Notes: generated by a model from the sequence alone, not told the origin. Positions 26,885-41,625 are shown, counted from the stretch's first letter. The stretch: DNA of 64,000 bases from Octopus sinensis (GCF_006345805.1 NC_043004.1:15252001-15316000), one strand, 5' to 3'. Program-made: numbers and translations.

Positions 26885-27894
26885 GTTTGACAGTTGATTA
26901 TTTACTCAGATATCTTCCTGTTCAACGTTAAGCAGTGTACGCGAATTTTGATAAATGTTAATATATGTGTCGTTGTTTCTATGTGTTCATGTGTGTGTGT
27001 GTGTGTGTAAATGTGTGTGCATGTTTATATGAGCGAGCGTGTATTTATATGTACATACATTTGTGTGGGAGAATAATTTTGTACACAAAGCATGGTGTAT
27101 TCACAAATCAACCACAATGACAAACAAGTTTATGGCTTTTGACTTTATGGCAGCATCACTCCGTTGTTGTTTCGTTTGTGTGCCAAGCTATTTATACTGA
27201 ATTATATGGAATCTGTCATGGGATTTGTTTGTGCTGTGCAATATAATTTTTGTTGACACAAAAATCTGATCTTCAACCAGTCAGACAATCCAGGACAACC
27301 ATCATTTGCCTCTCCGTGTCTGCTTGATATCGATTATTTTTGCCCAAAGAAAACGTAAGCAAATTCTTAATGGCTTACTATAAGATTGCAAAAATATATA
27401 TTATATTAGGAAATATTATAGTTTTTCAGCATGTGAAACGTAATGTCAGCAGCTAGCGTGAAACCTGCCGACAATAATGCCGCACCTGATTCTGTTCATA
27501 GTGAATGTGAAAATGACTTATTATATAACTACAAAACTACCAGCTTCGATCAACAGACATCAACTATTATGCAGAGATGACATAAGCATTTCCACCGGTA
27601 GTAGCTAGGAGTTTTCCTAAGTTAAAAAGTAAAATTGCAGCAAAGGGTTTAAGGAGATCATAGAGATCTTAAATGACAAACTTCTCATAATTAGTAGAAG
27701 TGAGATCTTGTGGCAATGTCTACATTGTTTTCCGTTAGGAAGACATACAGACTTGTCAGTTGAAAGTGGTAATGACTACAATGTCGGAGTATATAAGGCT
27801 GCTAAATTCAATTGTCACTCGAGATTTATCTCATGCAACGTATGAAATCCTCCCGTAAAGAAAAACACACACCTAGGACAGTGATTGTGACAAT

Positions 27895-27897
<3 letters not shown>

Positions 27898-27953
<56 letters not shown>

Positions 27954-28006
27954 ATATATATATATATATACAGAGAGAGAGAGAGAGATATCATGCATAT
28001 ATACAC

Positions 28007-28052
<46 letters not shown>

Positions 28053-28084
28053 ATACGTAGACACTGCATTGCGCCAATGCTTCG

Positions 28085-28118
<34 letters not shown>
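27898..28118. repeat. (CA)n/(TA)n/(GA)n microsatellite cluster
   Basis: Direct. Confidence 0.92.
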
Positions 28119-28121
<3 letters not shown>

Positions 28122-28220
28122 TTCAGCAAAAATTTACATTCAAATGAATATGGTACTTAATTTAGATGCACCAGAATTCCGTATAATGTTATCCATATAA
28201 ATCCGTGGGGTGATTATAAT

Positions 28221-28472
28221 CAAAATAAGCAACAAGAATGACTCCGGTAATTACCGGGATCATTCTTGTTGCTTATTTTGTGCGTCTTATATTATTTAAC
28301 ACACACACCGGTAACATTTCCACTTATTTCTTTTTTATTTTTCTAAAATTTTCGTTGCGCCTTGCAACCTTTTCGATAGTTTTGAGAGTCGAAACACAAT
28401 GAAAATTTAGAAAAATAACGAAAGAAATAAGTGGAAATTTTACCGGTAAGTGTGTAAAAATTTTAAGGCACC
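28221..28472. mobile_element. Double fold-back (60-bp palindrome + ~75-bp-arm hairpin) with an HHR-like motif, between two (TA)n tracts
   Basis: caaaataagcaacaagaatga...ccggtaattaccgg...tcattcttgttgcttattttg (28221-28280). Then accggtaacatttccacttatttc...ctaaaattttcgttgcg pairs with cacaatgaaaatttag...gaaataagtggaaattttaccggt. Motif on the minus strand at 28343-28379. Confidence 0.8.
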
Positions 28473-28535
28473 AAAAGAGAATGACTCTCCCCAGACATAA
28501 CAGATTATACTTCAACACACGAACTCACATAAACG

Positions 28536-28537
<2 letters not shown>

Positions 28538-28585
<48 letters not shown>

Positions 28586-28870
28586 TATATATATTTCGTT
28601 ATATATATATATATGTATGTATAAATATATAACTATATTTATATATATACTTTTAAACACGCATACATATATACAAACACTTATATATACTCCCATATAT
28701 ACATACATACATACATTGATATATATATATATATATATATACATAGACACACACACATGTGTATGTATATGTATATATATGCATATACCTGTGTGTAAGT
28801 AAGTGTCTGTGTGTGTGTATATATGTGTGTGTGTGCTTGTGTGTGTGTGTGTGTGCGTGCGTCTGTGTAT
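28538..28870. repeat. Compound (TA)/(CATA)/(TG) block
   Basis: Direct. Confidence 0.92.
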
Positions 28871-29696
28871 GTCAGAGTTTCCTGAAGCAAGCGTGTTGAA
28901 AATGTTATTCATGTCTCATTCTGAAGTTCTACAGCCCAAAGAAATATTTCGAAGCTCTATTGACTATCGCTTCAGCATATACACCGAGAAAATACCGGGT
29001 TCATGTTTTGGAGCAAGGTCAGCCATTTTGGAGTTAGTATTAAGCTAATTTCATTGATCTCAATGTTTAACTGATACTTATCTTATTGACCCCAGTACCT
29101 AAAGTCAGATAAAATATGAGCGTGCCAACAACTTTACCAATTTGCCGCCTGGCGATGGGAAAATATTGAAAAGTAATATCACAAAGAAAATTTTCACTGG
29201 ATATGGAAGTGTACAAATTTTCTTGCAACACGAATTCGTATCAGAAACTGATGATTGTTATGATGAAAGTAGAAAATGTGTTATCAATATTTACATTTGA
29301 CAAAAGCGTTGCTATCAGTAAACTTATATAATACTAAGACTTGAAAAAAAAAATCAGGAGGCTAGCATGATGCCAGTGAGCTATTTAACAAGCAGTTGCT
29401 TGACATCCCACTATGAAAACGCACTATGCGGCAGTGAGTGATCGAATAAATGACATTTTGAGAGGATATCATGTTGTTAATAATCGAATAATTAATTCAC
29501 AGAGATAAGTAATATGTTACGCATGAAAGTAGTACAAGTAGAAGTTTTAGAAGTTCTCTAATTATATTTTCGATAACATTTTTGAATTATAATTTGTTTT
29601 ATTCTAGGAATTAAAATATGAGACAATTTCATGTAATGCCATTTGTATAGTCTTTCGATGTATAGCTATTCATATCTATCCAATTATATATGTTTG

Positions 29697-29757
<61 letters not shown>

Positions 29758-29937
29758 ATATATATAAAACTTATTTAAACACCATATATATATATACACA
29801 CACAGGCAAATGTCGACCGATGTGATTCAGCAGTCAACACCGCATTGTTGTATATATAGAATTTCTTTATTTGTACATTAAGTCTACCATTGTTTTCATG
29901 TTAAGAAAAAAAATGTCTTAATATATTGACATTCGAA

Positions 29938-30280
29938 GGTAGAATACATTTGTCTATGGTGCCACGCTGTGGGACTGAACCCGGAATCATGTGGTCTTGG
30001 AATTAAGCTTCTTACCACACAATCACACGTGTAGTGTTTAAGTCACATAGCTGCAGCAGACATGTTAGATCACTGCTTTGACGATGCTTTAGTCGAATGA
30101 ATCGACCCCAGGACATACTTGTAAATGCTGGTACATCTTCTCTCTGTTCCTTCTTTACGGAACCAGTAGAATACGCGGACGCAAACACACGAACACCACC
30201 TGTGAACAGGTGGTATGTGTCAAACACACGCAAGCACACATGCACACACAGACACACAGACATATACACACACATATTTG
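29938..30280 (-). mobile_element. Two SINE family B fragments (head 29938-30030, body 30070-30280)
   Basis: ggtgccacgctgtgggactgaacccggaatcatgtgg...cttaccacac (tRNA-like head on the minus strand) and ctttagtcgaatgaatcgaccccaggac...ggacgcaaacacac. Confidence 0.75.
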
Positions 30281-30407
30281 AAATGCTTTACAGTAATCTC
30301 TCGTCGCTTATATCAGTGTTATAATAACAGTAGATCTACCTACCTAATTTCTTTTAAAGTTTCTCCTAAATTGGTTTGATTTTACCGCGTATGTAAGTGT
30401 GCTAAGT

Positions 30408-30462
30408 CATATACATATTTATGTGTGTGTGTGTGTGTGGATATATGTAAGTGTGCTTAGTG

Positions 30463-30501
<39 letters not shown>

Positions 30502-30625
30502 TATATGTATATATATGTATGTATATATGTATATATGTATATATGTATATATATATTTATATTGTGCGTATGTGTGTGTGTATGTGTGTGTGTGTGTATG
30601 TATATATGTATATATGTTATATATA

Positions 30626-30665
<40 letters not shown>

Positions 30666-30700
30666 ATGGTATATGAGTGTGTATTTATGTATATAATAAA
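30408..30700. repeat. Compound (TA)/(TG) block
   Basis: Direct. Confidence 0.92.
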
Positions 30701-33027
30701 TATTTCTGGTTATTAGAAAGTGCTCGGTGTAGTAATATTGATTTCATAATCCGCATATCGGCCAACATGTGAGTATTTAATGACATCGTTATAGCAAGAA
30801 CAAAGATATTTCCATGCAAACTGACTCAAAATTGCACCATAATATTGATCTCTTTTCAGTAAGCACATATCTAATTTTGATACAATAGACAGTTTCGACT
30901 AAGCTGAGGGATACATTCACAGGTTTTTATATTACCAACGCTAGACCATTGAAAATATAACCCATTCAGATATAAACAGTATCAGTATTTCAAAACAAGA
31001 TTGATACATAATACGATTCACTCAAATAACACTAATACAAGAAATAGCTATGCCTGAATTTATACTAGTCTGTTACTCGTCAAATTTCAGTAAGCTTTAT
31101 AGTACAATTTACCCACCATAATTAATATCAGGAATTATGGCATCAATGCAATACGCATATTTTTGTCTTTTCTCAAATATATTGGTTCTCATGAAATAAT
31201 AAAATGAATACAGTTTTGAAAACAACAATATTTATTACCTTAATCTCATTCCCCACGAGGTTTCTATAACACTCTTACCCAACACGTCGTAAGTAGAGGT
31301 GCTAGAGATTTGTGGCTTAGTTTAAAACGGTTGTAGCTCGTTGAAGCGTTTTTCATGTTTATGCATTCGTGCTTCAGATTTTACAGATCTTTAAAGTTTG
31401 GCAAGCAGGAAATCTTACTTTCCAGAATGGAAATTGCATCCGTGTGTATGCTGCCTATTACTACATGTGCGATTTTATTTGCACTGTCCTACTAGACTGC
31501 TATAAGGTCAACACTAGAGAATTGCTATTACGTGTTTGCTATTACCTGTATATTTGTGAAACTCTCATAAATTTCCATTTGAAGAGAATCAGCTTTCATT
31601 TCATTTAACAACGTGCCGAACCCCGCAATAACTGTCTTTTTATTAGATGAATCATATAAATTTGACTAGAAGTACCGTACATAATATTATAATATATTTC
31701 CAAGCGCCATTTAAACATTTCTAGGCGAATTTAAATACGCGCATATGAAAGGTAGCAAATTTACGGTCACATTTTGACATTTTCAGAACGTATCCTAGAA
31801 ACACTTGCGTCACAGTAGGAGTTCTGACGTCACAGTAGGTAATTCAATACAAGAACTAAAATTACTTGCATTGACCACCATATGAAATTTAAACTTTGTA
31901 CCAATCGAAAGTTAGTAGGGAGAGATCAGATCAACATGACACACCGCTTCCCGGCTGACATTAGCCTGTGGGGAATAGGTCTAAGATGTAATTAATTAAT
32001 TGAAATTTCTCATTTCTATAACTCTCCTTATAACATGCGTCGCACGACAATTCTTTATCCCACTCATTCTTAACCTCATGTTAGCATTCTCTTTACTGTC
32101 ACTGTGCGATGTAAATTTTGACTGGAGACTCAACCAACCAGCCACCCAAGATTTGAACGGAATTTTTCTTACATAGAGGTGACACGGTGAATAAAATTTC
32201 TTTATTTGTGTATTAAGGCAGACGGACATACAGGTAGACAAAGGTAGAAAGAAACCGAGTTTAACATTGAAAATGAGAGATGGATTTGTTTAAAAAGAGA
32301 CGTTGAGCAATGGCTAGAGAAATAGTCAGCTTTATTTAATAACCAGTTGATCTAGCAAGTGGGGACTCATATCAAGTGTATGGTGTCAAGTGATGCTGTC
32401 AAGAGGTAGGCTCCGAAATGGCGTGCATTCTTTCCTGATAATCCCATACACTTGCTGGCTTCCGGTATGCGGAGTTCTCGACTGGTAGCACTTGCATGTG
32501 CAAGCTGTTTGCAAGGCATCTGAGAAAGAGACTAACACTAAGAGAGATATTGAACTGTTTAACATCTGTGATTAGTCGCACGGACGTCTCTTTCCCTATG
32601 GTGAAAGATTGTTAAATCAGGTCAGTTGATATTTCACATCTGTGAAGTGAATAACGATATGGAACCTATATCCCACAAAATAGTATCAACATGCACTCTC
32701 CCTCAGACACAGATTGTCACGCACACATACATGAAGCTATCATATTTCTCAAAGTTGCAATGTCAAAATTACTTGCTATCAATATGAACCAAAGACTCGA
32801 GCCTGGGGTGAAAATCATTTTGTACAAGAGCAGATTTTAGTAAATTGCATGCAGACATAAATTGTTGATTTAAACAAAGAAAATAGAACACTGACTAAAT
32901 GCTACACCCATTTCTCTCTATCATTATGTCTAGATATATACGTGAATGTGATCGCCTGTACGCTGCATTGTTTACTCCATGCACATTCAGGGATCGTAGA
33001 ATCGCTAGAACATGTAATTTTCATACC

Positions 33028-33259
33028 TATTTATTTACTACCCACAATGGGCTAAACACAGAGAGGACTACCAAGGACAGACAAACGTATTAAGTCGATT
33101 ATATCGACCCCAGTGCGTAACTGGTACTTAGTTAATCGACCCCGAAAGGATGAAAGGCAAAGTCGACCTCGGCGGAATTTAAACTCAGAACGTAACGCAG
33201 ACGAAATAAGGCTACGCATTCCGCCCGGCGTGCTAACGATTCTGCCAGCTCGCTGCCTT
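33028..33259 (-). mobile_element. Well-preserved full-length SINE family A with 18-bp TSD
   Basis: Minus strand starts aaggcagcgagctggcagaatcgttagcacgccgggcgg (A-box-like), then gagtttaaattccgcc (B-box-like), then ggtcgactttgcctttcatcctttcggggtcgattaactaagtacc (resembles the MetaSINE central domain, from recall). TSD acatgtaatttt(c/a)atacc at 33010-33027 and 33260-33277. Confidence 0.93.
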
Positions 33260-34659
33260 ACATGTAATTTTAATACCATCGAGGTCAATTTTACGTTTCG
33301 TTATACCACAAAGTACCACGCAAGTAGATACTAGCTAATACTTGCTAGCGTAATGTCTAAAGAAGAAAACTTTTTTCTTTTTTTCTTCTTTTCCTTTTGC
33401 CTGATTTTCTTAAAATGATAGACAGTGAGTTCAAACTTTTGTGACAGCGGATTCAATCACTTTTGCGTGCAAGTAAGACACACAAAAAAAAACGGGCAAA
33501 GAAAATGTGAATGAAAGACGAATGGTGATGTTACCGATAATATCTAGGAAGAAATTTCAATTAAAATCGACACATAGATTAATTATACACATATGCTTAT
33601 AAAATAAAATATTCCCCGAGCTAAAATACAAGCAGGAGTGAATTCATTGTGTACTGACTCTTTCAAATGTAAATTGTTTGTATGTTAAGTAAATAAACTT
33701 TTTCAAAGATAGAGCATCTATCATATTCCTCAAATTTGTTTTTCTCATATTCTCTAAAAATAATTTCATCTGCACATTATATTTCTATTCAATAATGAAA
33801 TGTCACTCAGTGCATTTATGCACACTAATTCCAATGATTCCTTTGTGAGGTGCATTTAGTATATTCATTGAACAAAGATTTTAAAAAATTAAAAGAACAC
33901 AACAATATATATTTATAATTCATTTATTGATTACTTAGAAGACAAATACGAAACAGCAGTGGTTGATTCAAAAATATTGTAAAAGTTAGATTTGAAAGAT
34001 TGTGAGTGATTCTTTCAATCCTAGCAGCATATACATAGAAATATAATTAGCAGCTAATTTTTTTTAAGTCAGTAAAATTTCAACATACATATCCATATAC
34101 ACTTTCACTTATATTTGTGCTTGCATATTTTACTCATGTACATATGTGTGTGCATATAATACTGTATTTGCATAGGTGTGTTGCATACGTTTGTGCTTAC
34201 ATGTGTTAAGATTGAGAGAGAGATTACTCAGGTTAGGAGAAAGGAGAGTAAAGAAAATGTGGATGATAAATCAACAGTTTCGAGCAGTTTGTGCACTGAA
34301 TTTTTTCCTTTTTCAATACAAAGTTGTATCAGGTTTCTCTAAGCAAAGCAAATATGTATTCGGAATCTAGAGATCATAGGAGACGAAATATCATACTGAA
34401 TGCATTTGAATATAGAAGAGAGATGCACACATAAGTAGAACTGGTACATAAATACATAACTATTATAAGCATGGGAACACAGTTAAATATACATACTACA
34501 TACATAATACATACACACACACACATATGTATCTATCTATCTATCTATATATATATACATATATATAACTTAGATGACACATGTCGCATAAAAGAACAGA
34601 CATATCTCATAGCAGATTAAAATCTGCCTACATCACGTAATTTCAGTGTACTACACATC

Positions 34660-35060
34660 TTCATTCCCAGGGTTCTGGTGCTTCCATACCAGCCAAATCG
34701 CCACAGGATATATTTTAACAGTGTTCTTTCAGCCATTGGTGTTGCAATTAGCAACCAGGTTTCTTTATTATGACTATTACCAACATATTTGCAACATCAG
34801 TGACCGAAAAGTTTAACTTATTCTATATACTGTGGCAGCGAGATTCGGCTGGTATGCGATCAACGCACGGACATCTGCCTCTGAAGACGTGCAGTACAAT
34901 GCTCAATATAGTACCATTGCGGCCAATTATATTATGGTGCTGTATATCTTTATATTTGTAGATCTATGCACCTTGCGTCTGTAACAGAGTATATCGTATG
35001 GCAAATAGCACAGATTTGGGTTTTCATACAAGTCATCTACGTCAAATCGGACAAAATGAT
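34660..35060 (-). pseudogene. Decayed RTE-clade non-LTR retrotransposon, reverse transcriptase C-terminal region
   Basis: Manual minus-strand translation ILCYRRKVHRSTNIKIYSTII*LAAMVLY*ALYCTSSEADVRALIAYQ...VYRIS*, then frameshifted SVTDVA and ILWRFGWYG. This is collinear with the RTE pattern TKxxIYxxxV..LLYG.ETW.L...D...L.AF....LRRI..I.W.D.VTN...RLRWxGH. Confidence 0.65.
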
Positions 35061-35106
35061 TGCCTATTGATAGTAATACTACTACACTCGGTAATGATTA
35101 TGTATT

Positions 35107-35195
<89 letters not shown>

Positions 35196-35196
<1 letters not shown>

Positions 35197-35354
35197 GGGG
35201 CTGAAGTAATGGTAAGTAGTTTTTTTACCAACCACATCGTTCCGTGTTCAGCACTACTGCGTGGAACCTTGGGCAAGTGTCTTCTACTATAACATCACGT
35301 TGACCAAAGACTTGTGAGTGGATTTGATTGACGGAAATTGAGAAAATCCAGTCG

Positions 35355-35388
<34 letters not shown>

Positions 35389-35592
35389 ATATGTTTGTGT
35401 ATCTGTGTTTCTACCCCCACCTTCGTTTGACAACTGATGTTGGACTATTTACGTCCCCGTAACTTACCGATTCGGCAAAAGAGAACCGATAGCATAAGTA
35501 CTAGGCTTACAAAAAGTAAGTCCTGGAGTCAGTTTGTTCGAATAAAGGCAGTGCTACAGCATGGCCACAATAAAATGACTGAAACAATGTAA
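35196..35592 (+). mobile_element. Full-length SINE family B with internal (TA)n
   Basis: tRNA-like head, CORE-like ggaaccttgggcaagtgtcttctactata, internal (TA)n at 35355-35392, 3' part ...taagtactaggcttac...cagcatggccacaataaaatgactgaaacaa. Confidence 0.88.
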
Positions 35593-38500
35593 GTTTTTGT
35601 GTATGGAAGAATAAACTTAATTTATCATTTCCCTTTCGAGAAAATTTATTAAAATATATTTCACATATTCATCATGTCTCTCCGTCTCTCTTCTACTTTG
35701 TATCTGTCTTTCCTTACATATAAATATGTATGTGCATTTGTGTAAGTGTCTCCTCTCTGTGTGACTGAGAGTGTGCCGTGTGTGCATGTGTGTGTTTGTT
35801 TATTTGTGCGCGTTTGTATGTACGTTTGTATTTTCTTGACCTACCATAGTTCGTATTCCATCTGTATTAAATCCATTCAAACATATTTTCTCATGTTATA
35901 GTTTTGTGATACATCAGTATAACGTTAAAGACAAAGCTTTCTTTGTATTTCTACTAAACATACTAATTCTGATCCTCTACGGTTGTTTCATATCAGTTAT
36001 GGTGTAACTTCTTAGAAAGTAAAACAGTAAATTTAATTTATTCAGATGGCAAGTGCATTAGAGACACATATTTCCTAAACTGAATTCATATCTAAAGTTT
36101 TTCAATAATCATCGCTATCGTCATCATCTTCATCGTCATCATCATTTTGTTTCTCTGTTCATTACCAACATCCTATGGAAATACACAACATTTCCTTCAT
36201 AACATGTCTTTATTTATTTCTTTCAAGAAAATTGTGTATATAACTTTCTTTAACATCTGCGGAAACTGTTTGAGTTTTCTTTCATTTACGTAAATACATT
36301 CTTTTATAAATTTGTGGGTAGTTTCATTTCATATCACCAAGTTACTTCCTGTATTTACATAATTATAAGTTGCATAATTCATTCGCAGAAAAATAATACC
36401 GGAAAAATAACAAAATCAACAAAATATTAAATAAATATACCATTAAAATTCTTACAAGGAGCATTGGTCACTATCTTAGTCGTACATTTTTTCTTTCTTT
36501 TTCTCTATCAAGCGATCTCTTCTGCACATTCCCTCTCTCAGCCTGTATACTTCCTTAGACTTAACCCTCCTTCCTCCATTTCTTCTCCGACTCGTGTTAC
36601 ACAGGAAGCAGATTTATATTATTTAGTTTGCAATGAATAAAGAAGAAATTCCAGTGAGGGCGAGGTTGGTAGGTCACGTAGACAAGTGTGTGCACTCGTT
36701 GCCAATATGGTTCATTTAGTGTTTAACATGAGCGCTCCAATTCAATTGCTGTTGTCAGAATGAAAATAAAGTAATTTGGAAAGAAAAGAAAAATCAAATA
36801 TATAATAAGGCGATTGGAAATGAATAAAAGAAAGGAAATAAGAATAGGCGAAATAATGAATGGGTAACTGAATGAAAGAATAAATGAATAAATAAATCTA
36901 AGGAAATAAATGATTTGAATGCTACTACGAAATATAAATTGATTTGTTGTTCGGGTTTACAGATGAATATTTAACCTATATTCAGAAATCTTTGTAGAAT
37001 TGTTGGTGAAGGAAGGAACCTAAAATTGATCTCGAGAGAAATAGTGAAGTAATGTAGATATGTGAGAATATGTGCGTGCACTTAAATGTTTTGAGTAATT
37101 GTGCATGGGAGTCTACGTATGTATGTGTATCTCTGTTGCATAAATATATTTATTCTTATTGTAATGTATAGTCCTACGCATATGCATGAGTAAGAAATAG
37201 TCCAGACATCATATTGTATTTAAACGTTTAAACGAGGAGTCTGGAGTGATATTGTAATGGAGAAACAAATATAGAAAAGCAGAGAGAAACTCCTACGAAA
37301 GTGACAAAAAGAAAATTTAACTCTTTTCCTGTTCGATAGATATTAAGCAGAATAGCATGACTCTTAACTACGTGAGTGTATTGTTAGAAATCGAGAAGCG
37401 ATGTGCAGAGATAATGAATATGGTGAGAAATGTGTGAGCATAAATGAACAATTCAACAAAGAACTGGAGGTGGAATTGGTTATTTTCTTTCAGAAATTTG
37501 GTAAGAAAACAAAATCATAGCAAAATATAAAACCGATTATTTTATAGATATCTCAGCTAGACGCAAATCAAATAGAACAAATTGTAGTCGGTTCTAGTCA
37601 TCTTTAACTTCAGTTCAAACAATCAATTTTAGATGTAAAATTCAGGAGAGCTATATACTGATATCTTCTTTTTTTTTGTATGTAAAAAACTTGATACAAA
37701 AATCTTGAGACGTAGCAAAGAAACTACTCGTACACTGATTGTATTCAGTTACTACTTAATGGCGGAGCATTCTACATATCAATCTATATAATTACATATA
37801 CAATGCAAGCTACTGCAATATTAAATCGATCCAAGCATTAAGTACAATTTTATGAGATAGATAGATAAATAGATGGATAGATAGATACATATGTAGAGAG
37901 AAAGATACAGTGTGAGAGAGAACAACTGCATACAATATAATCAGATCTATTAATAAAAAATTACTGTTAACAAATTCCAGTTCTTTATGGATTTGATTGA
38001 TTATTGGCGGTATAAAATTTTGTTAAGAATAAGAATACCTGTAAACCTACTTTTAAAAGTGGTCTGTTATATTATGATTTTAGTGTATTAGCTGACATTC
38101 TTTCGAAACTTCGCTTTAATTTTTATATATATATTCCATTATTCCATGGTACAATCTGATGTACATAAGCAATATTAAGTAGATTTACATAGACTATTTA
38201 TTTGGTGTGATGAATGGAGCGATTTAAACTTTATATATCATGACTAATACACTTTTTCATTGTTATATATCTACACCTATTCTCTTAAATTTTAAGTTTC
38301 CGGAAAGGTTTTCTATATGTAGGTCTTAACATTATGCACATTAATATAATATAAAGGTAAAGATTTCTATGTGCTTCGTCTACATATACTGTCACGTTTT
38401 TTTTTTCATTATTATATATTTTCATTTCAAGTTCATATACATGTAACAGAAAGGTGAAAAATTTCAGCCTTGGCCTATTATGCAGTTGATATAAGCACTG

Positions 38501-38899
38501 AAATTTATGTAAACGTGCAATCGAACAGCTTAAAAGAACAATATTGGGTGTAATCCGTATACGTTGGCCGCCCAATTCAGCAATGATAATATAATTAAAA
38601 ATTTAAATCTTTAGTGCGTCTTAGTACAAATAATAAAATACATGTTATGACATTATCTTTTTCGATAAAAAAAGGTAATGTAATAACACGAACCTTTAAT
38701 TGTTTCAATGTTCGAGCCTGTATCAGGGAAATAAGTTTCAGAGGAAATTAGAAAATATTGATGTTGCAAAAAGAAAATGTATCATGCAATCAATTCACCG
38801 ATGATCGTAGGAATTTGTCAAAAATGGCGATATTTTCCTTCTGCATGTGAGTGTTAGTAATCTGTATATACGATTCCGTATGTCTTCGGAACTGCTTAT

Positions 38900-39065
38900 T
38901 TTCATTATTTACATTATTTACATTCGATGGATATTTGTCCTCATGTTGGTTGTTGTTAACTCAACGATTCGGCTGATATACGCTCCATCATTCTTCAGGT
39001 GTCTTGGGGAAATTTCGAACCTGGGTTCTCATTTCCTGTGCTCGAAATATCCCCAAGTCACCTGA
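38900..39065 (-). mobile_element. Penelope pseudo-LTR-like relic with HHR-like motif (38958-39003) and 24-bp inverted repeat
   Basis: Minus strand GACAC-CUGAAGA-A-ugaug...cagcc-GAAu-CG-UU-GaGUU. Inverted repeat 38995-39018 / 39042-39065 (22/24). Confidence 0.65.
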
Positions 39066-40070
39066 TATTGGATTGTTGTGAGTTCTGACGAAAAATTCTA
39101 TTTCGAGAAAACTGCTCACAACAGCAGTTTTTTTTTTTTTTCAACGTAATGCTCATTCTTGTCCACTTTCAAACATAAGCCACTTGATGTTTTGCAAAGG
39201 TTGAGACACAAATATCCTGCTTCATTTATTATCCTGTCTCTACCACTCTGATAGCGCATGTCATTCTAAGCTAGCAGTAAACTTATCACATAACTTACAA
39301 CAATCCAGTACGGTTTTTAAGTGGCATGAAGCTAAATCCGCTTGGGTTCAATACAAAACGAAGATTAAATAATTTATTGAGTCCTTCACATTATTTCATA
39401 CTTTTTGAAACCTCAGCCTGTTCCAACTCCCCTGCTATAAATCTAAACCAATTAAACTGAACTTCACAGGTAGTCAGCAGCGTAAATGATCTCAAAATAT
39501 CACAGAAGATTCATGATTTTGCATATCGAACAATAAACTAAATTATATATTCCACGAATTACAATCTGTTTGACCACTAAACATTTAATTAAGCGATATA
39601 GAGTTGAGTATTATTTGCTGTACGGACGCTTGCATATATGTGTGTGTCTGTGTGTGTGTGTGTGTCTGTGTGTGTGTGTGTCTGTGTGCGTGCCCATGCA
39701 TAGACATATACATAAATACGTTTGATGAAGCTATAGGATGATACCCAAAATTTGGACTATCAGTCTGCCGCATCTTAAGGCAAGAACAACTGTAAGCTAA
39801 TAAAGTTTGTTTTTTGCGGTGTCATCTTTTATGTTTCTATTCCACTAATACTGTGTTCCGGACCATATGTATACTGAGTTCTACACCAGGTTATTAGTCT
39901 CGCTCATATTAAAATATATTCATTCATACATATGTGTGCGTATGTGTATATATATATCATCAAGATCTGATGCTTGACTATTAGAATCTTAGTTATTTTG
40001 GATTTAAGTAAAATTGATCGCCATATAAGCAAATGACGTTAACATCATAATATTACAAGTCCCGTAAGAT

Positions 40071-40072
40071 AT

Positions 40073-40164
<92 letters not shown>
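40071..40164. repeat. (CATA)n(CA)n(TA)n microsatellite
   Basis: Direct. Confidence 0.95.
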
Positions 40165-40167
<3 letters not shown>

Positions 40168-41356
40168 TTACTGATCTGCGTTGCAGAAGTGTGCTAAGTC
40201 TATGAGAGCTTTTGGTAATTGTATCGACATGCTGTTATCTAGTTACGGTGGATTACATCCGTAACTGAAAATCAACTCCCATTGATGACGAATTGATTTT
40301 CATCTTTCAAGGTTCGATGAAATGCAGTATCAAGAAAATAACACCAACGATAATATTCCGTACATCCTTAGTTCTATTGTTTAAGTAAGCAGTTATCCAA
40401 TCGTAAGGAAATAGAAATGATAGAAATTTAATGAAGTTTTAAATTCCACCCCACAAACAGGTTTTAGTTTAACATGTCGAGTGGGGAAAAACAGTAAATT
40501 AGAAATTATTTTAACCTCGAAACGCATTAAACCAGAATATTTAAATTAATTTTTTCAAGCAATTTCTTTTAAAGAAAATGCTTGTGGCACAATGATAAAA
40601 GGAATGTCATCACTTCAGACCTTTTCAAAGAGTTTCATTTAAGAAGGAGTGAAATCTTTAAGACCATATTGTAAACGTAGTTATAACGTTTGTGAAAAAA
40701 AAGATGGTTACAGTTAATGAAGCACAAAGGTCACTTGATGGGGTCAAACCGAGCGATTGTTGTCGTCTATTAAGCAAGAACTTGTAGTCATAAATGAACT
40801 TCCTTACAGTTTCCTTTAGAGAATTTCATTCACGAGTGTTTATTATACCAAATTTATGGTAAAAACATACTTGTTTAATGTCGGTTAGGAGCAAGCTCAT
40901 AAAGGTACCGTTCTTTTTAATCACAATATCACAATAGAACACGGTGCCGACATGACTATAATAACAACGAGGCGAAGCTCCTTTAATTGTACATACAATT
41001 CCGTGACATGTAACTTCACAAACGACTATTCAAATTAATGTACAACTTGGAAAGGAATTAGTTAATATATTGACTGTTTAACTGAAATATTTAAACATCT
41101 CTTATCACACTTAGAATATTCTCTTATTAATGGCTTCTCTTATTTAAATTTCTTAGGTGAAGTGTCAATGCTTCTGATAAACCAATTTAATTTAATTTTC
41201 ATTGCATTCCCACCTTATCAGTGCAGTATGCTCTCACATTGCGCTGCGTTAATTAGTATGTAGAGAACTTTACTGTCAAGTGTATACATTCATGTATATG
41301 TAAAATAATTGGCGGTTCGTTATCGACATAGGCACAGACTTAAATTCACAATAAGA

Positions 41357-41410
<54 letters not shown>

Positions 41411-41419
<9 letters not shown>

Positions 41420-41586
41420 CCGTACACTCACACACACACGGATTTACATATTACATCTATACTATATATAAGTTATTTTTATATCATGCATGTGAGTATA
41501 TGTAAATATGTATACACGTATATAGATATGTACGTATATATCTATATGTATATTTGTGTATATATATTTATACATATATATATATA

Positions 41587-41625
<39 letters not shown>

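Noticed and set aside
31808-31840. cgtcacagtagg twice with a CRE-like tgacgtca
   Set aside because: No linked transcription start or gene. An 8-mer and a short duplication are expected by chance.
33113-33334. ORFs over SINE copies (also 12736, 20174, 22792, 43628, 57035, 63237)
   Set aside because: Chance frames within non-coding SINE sequence.
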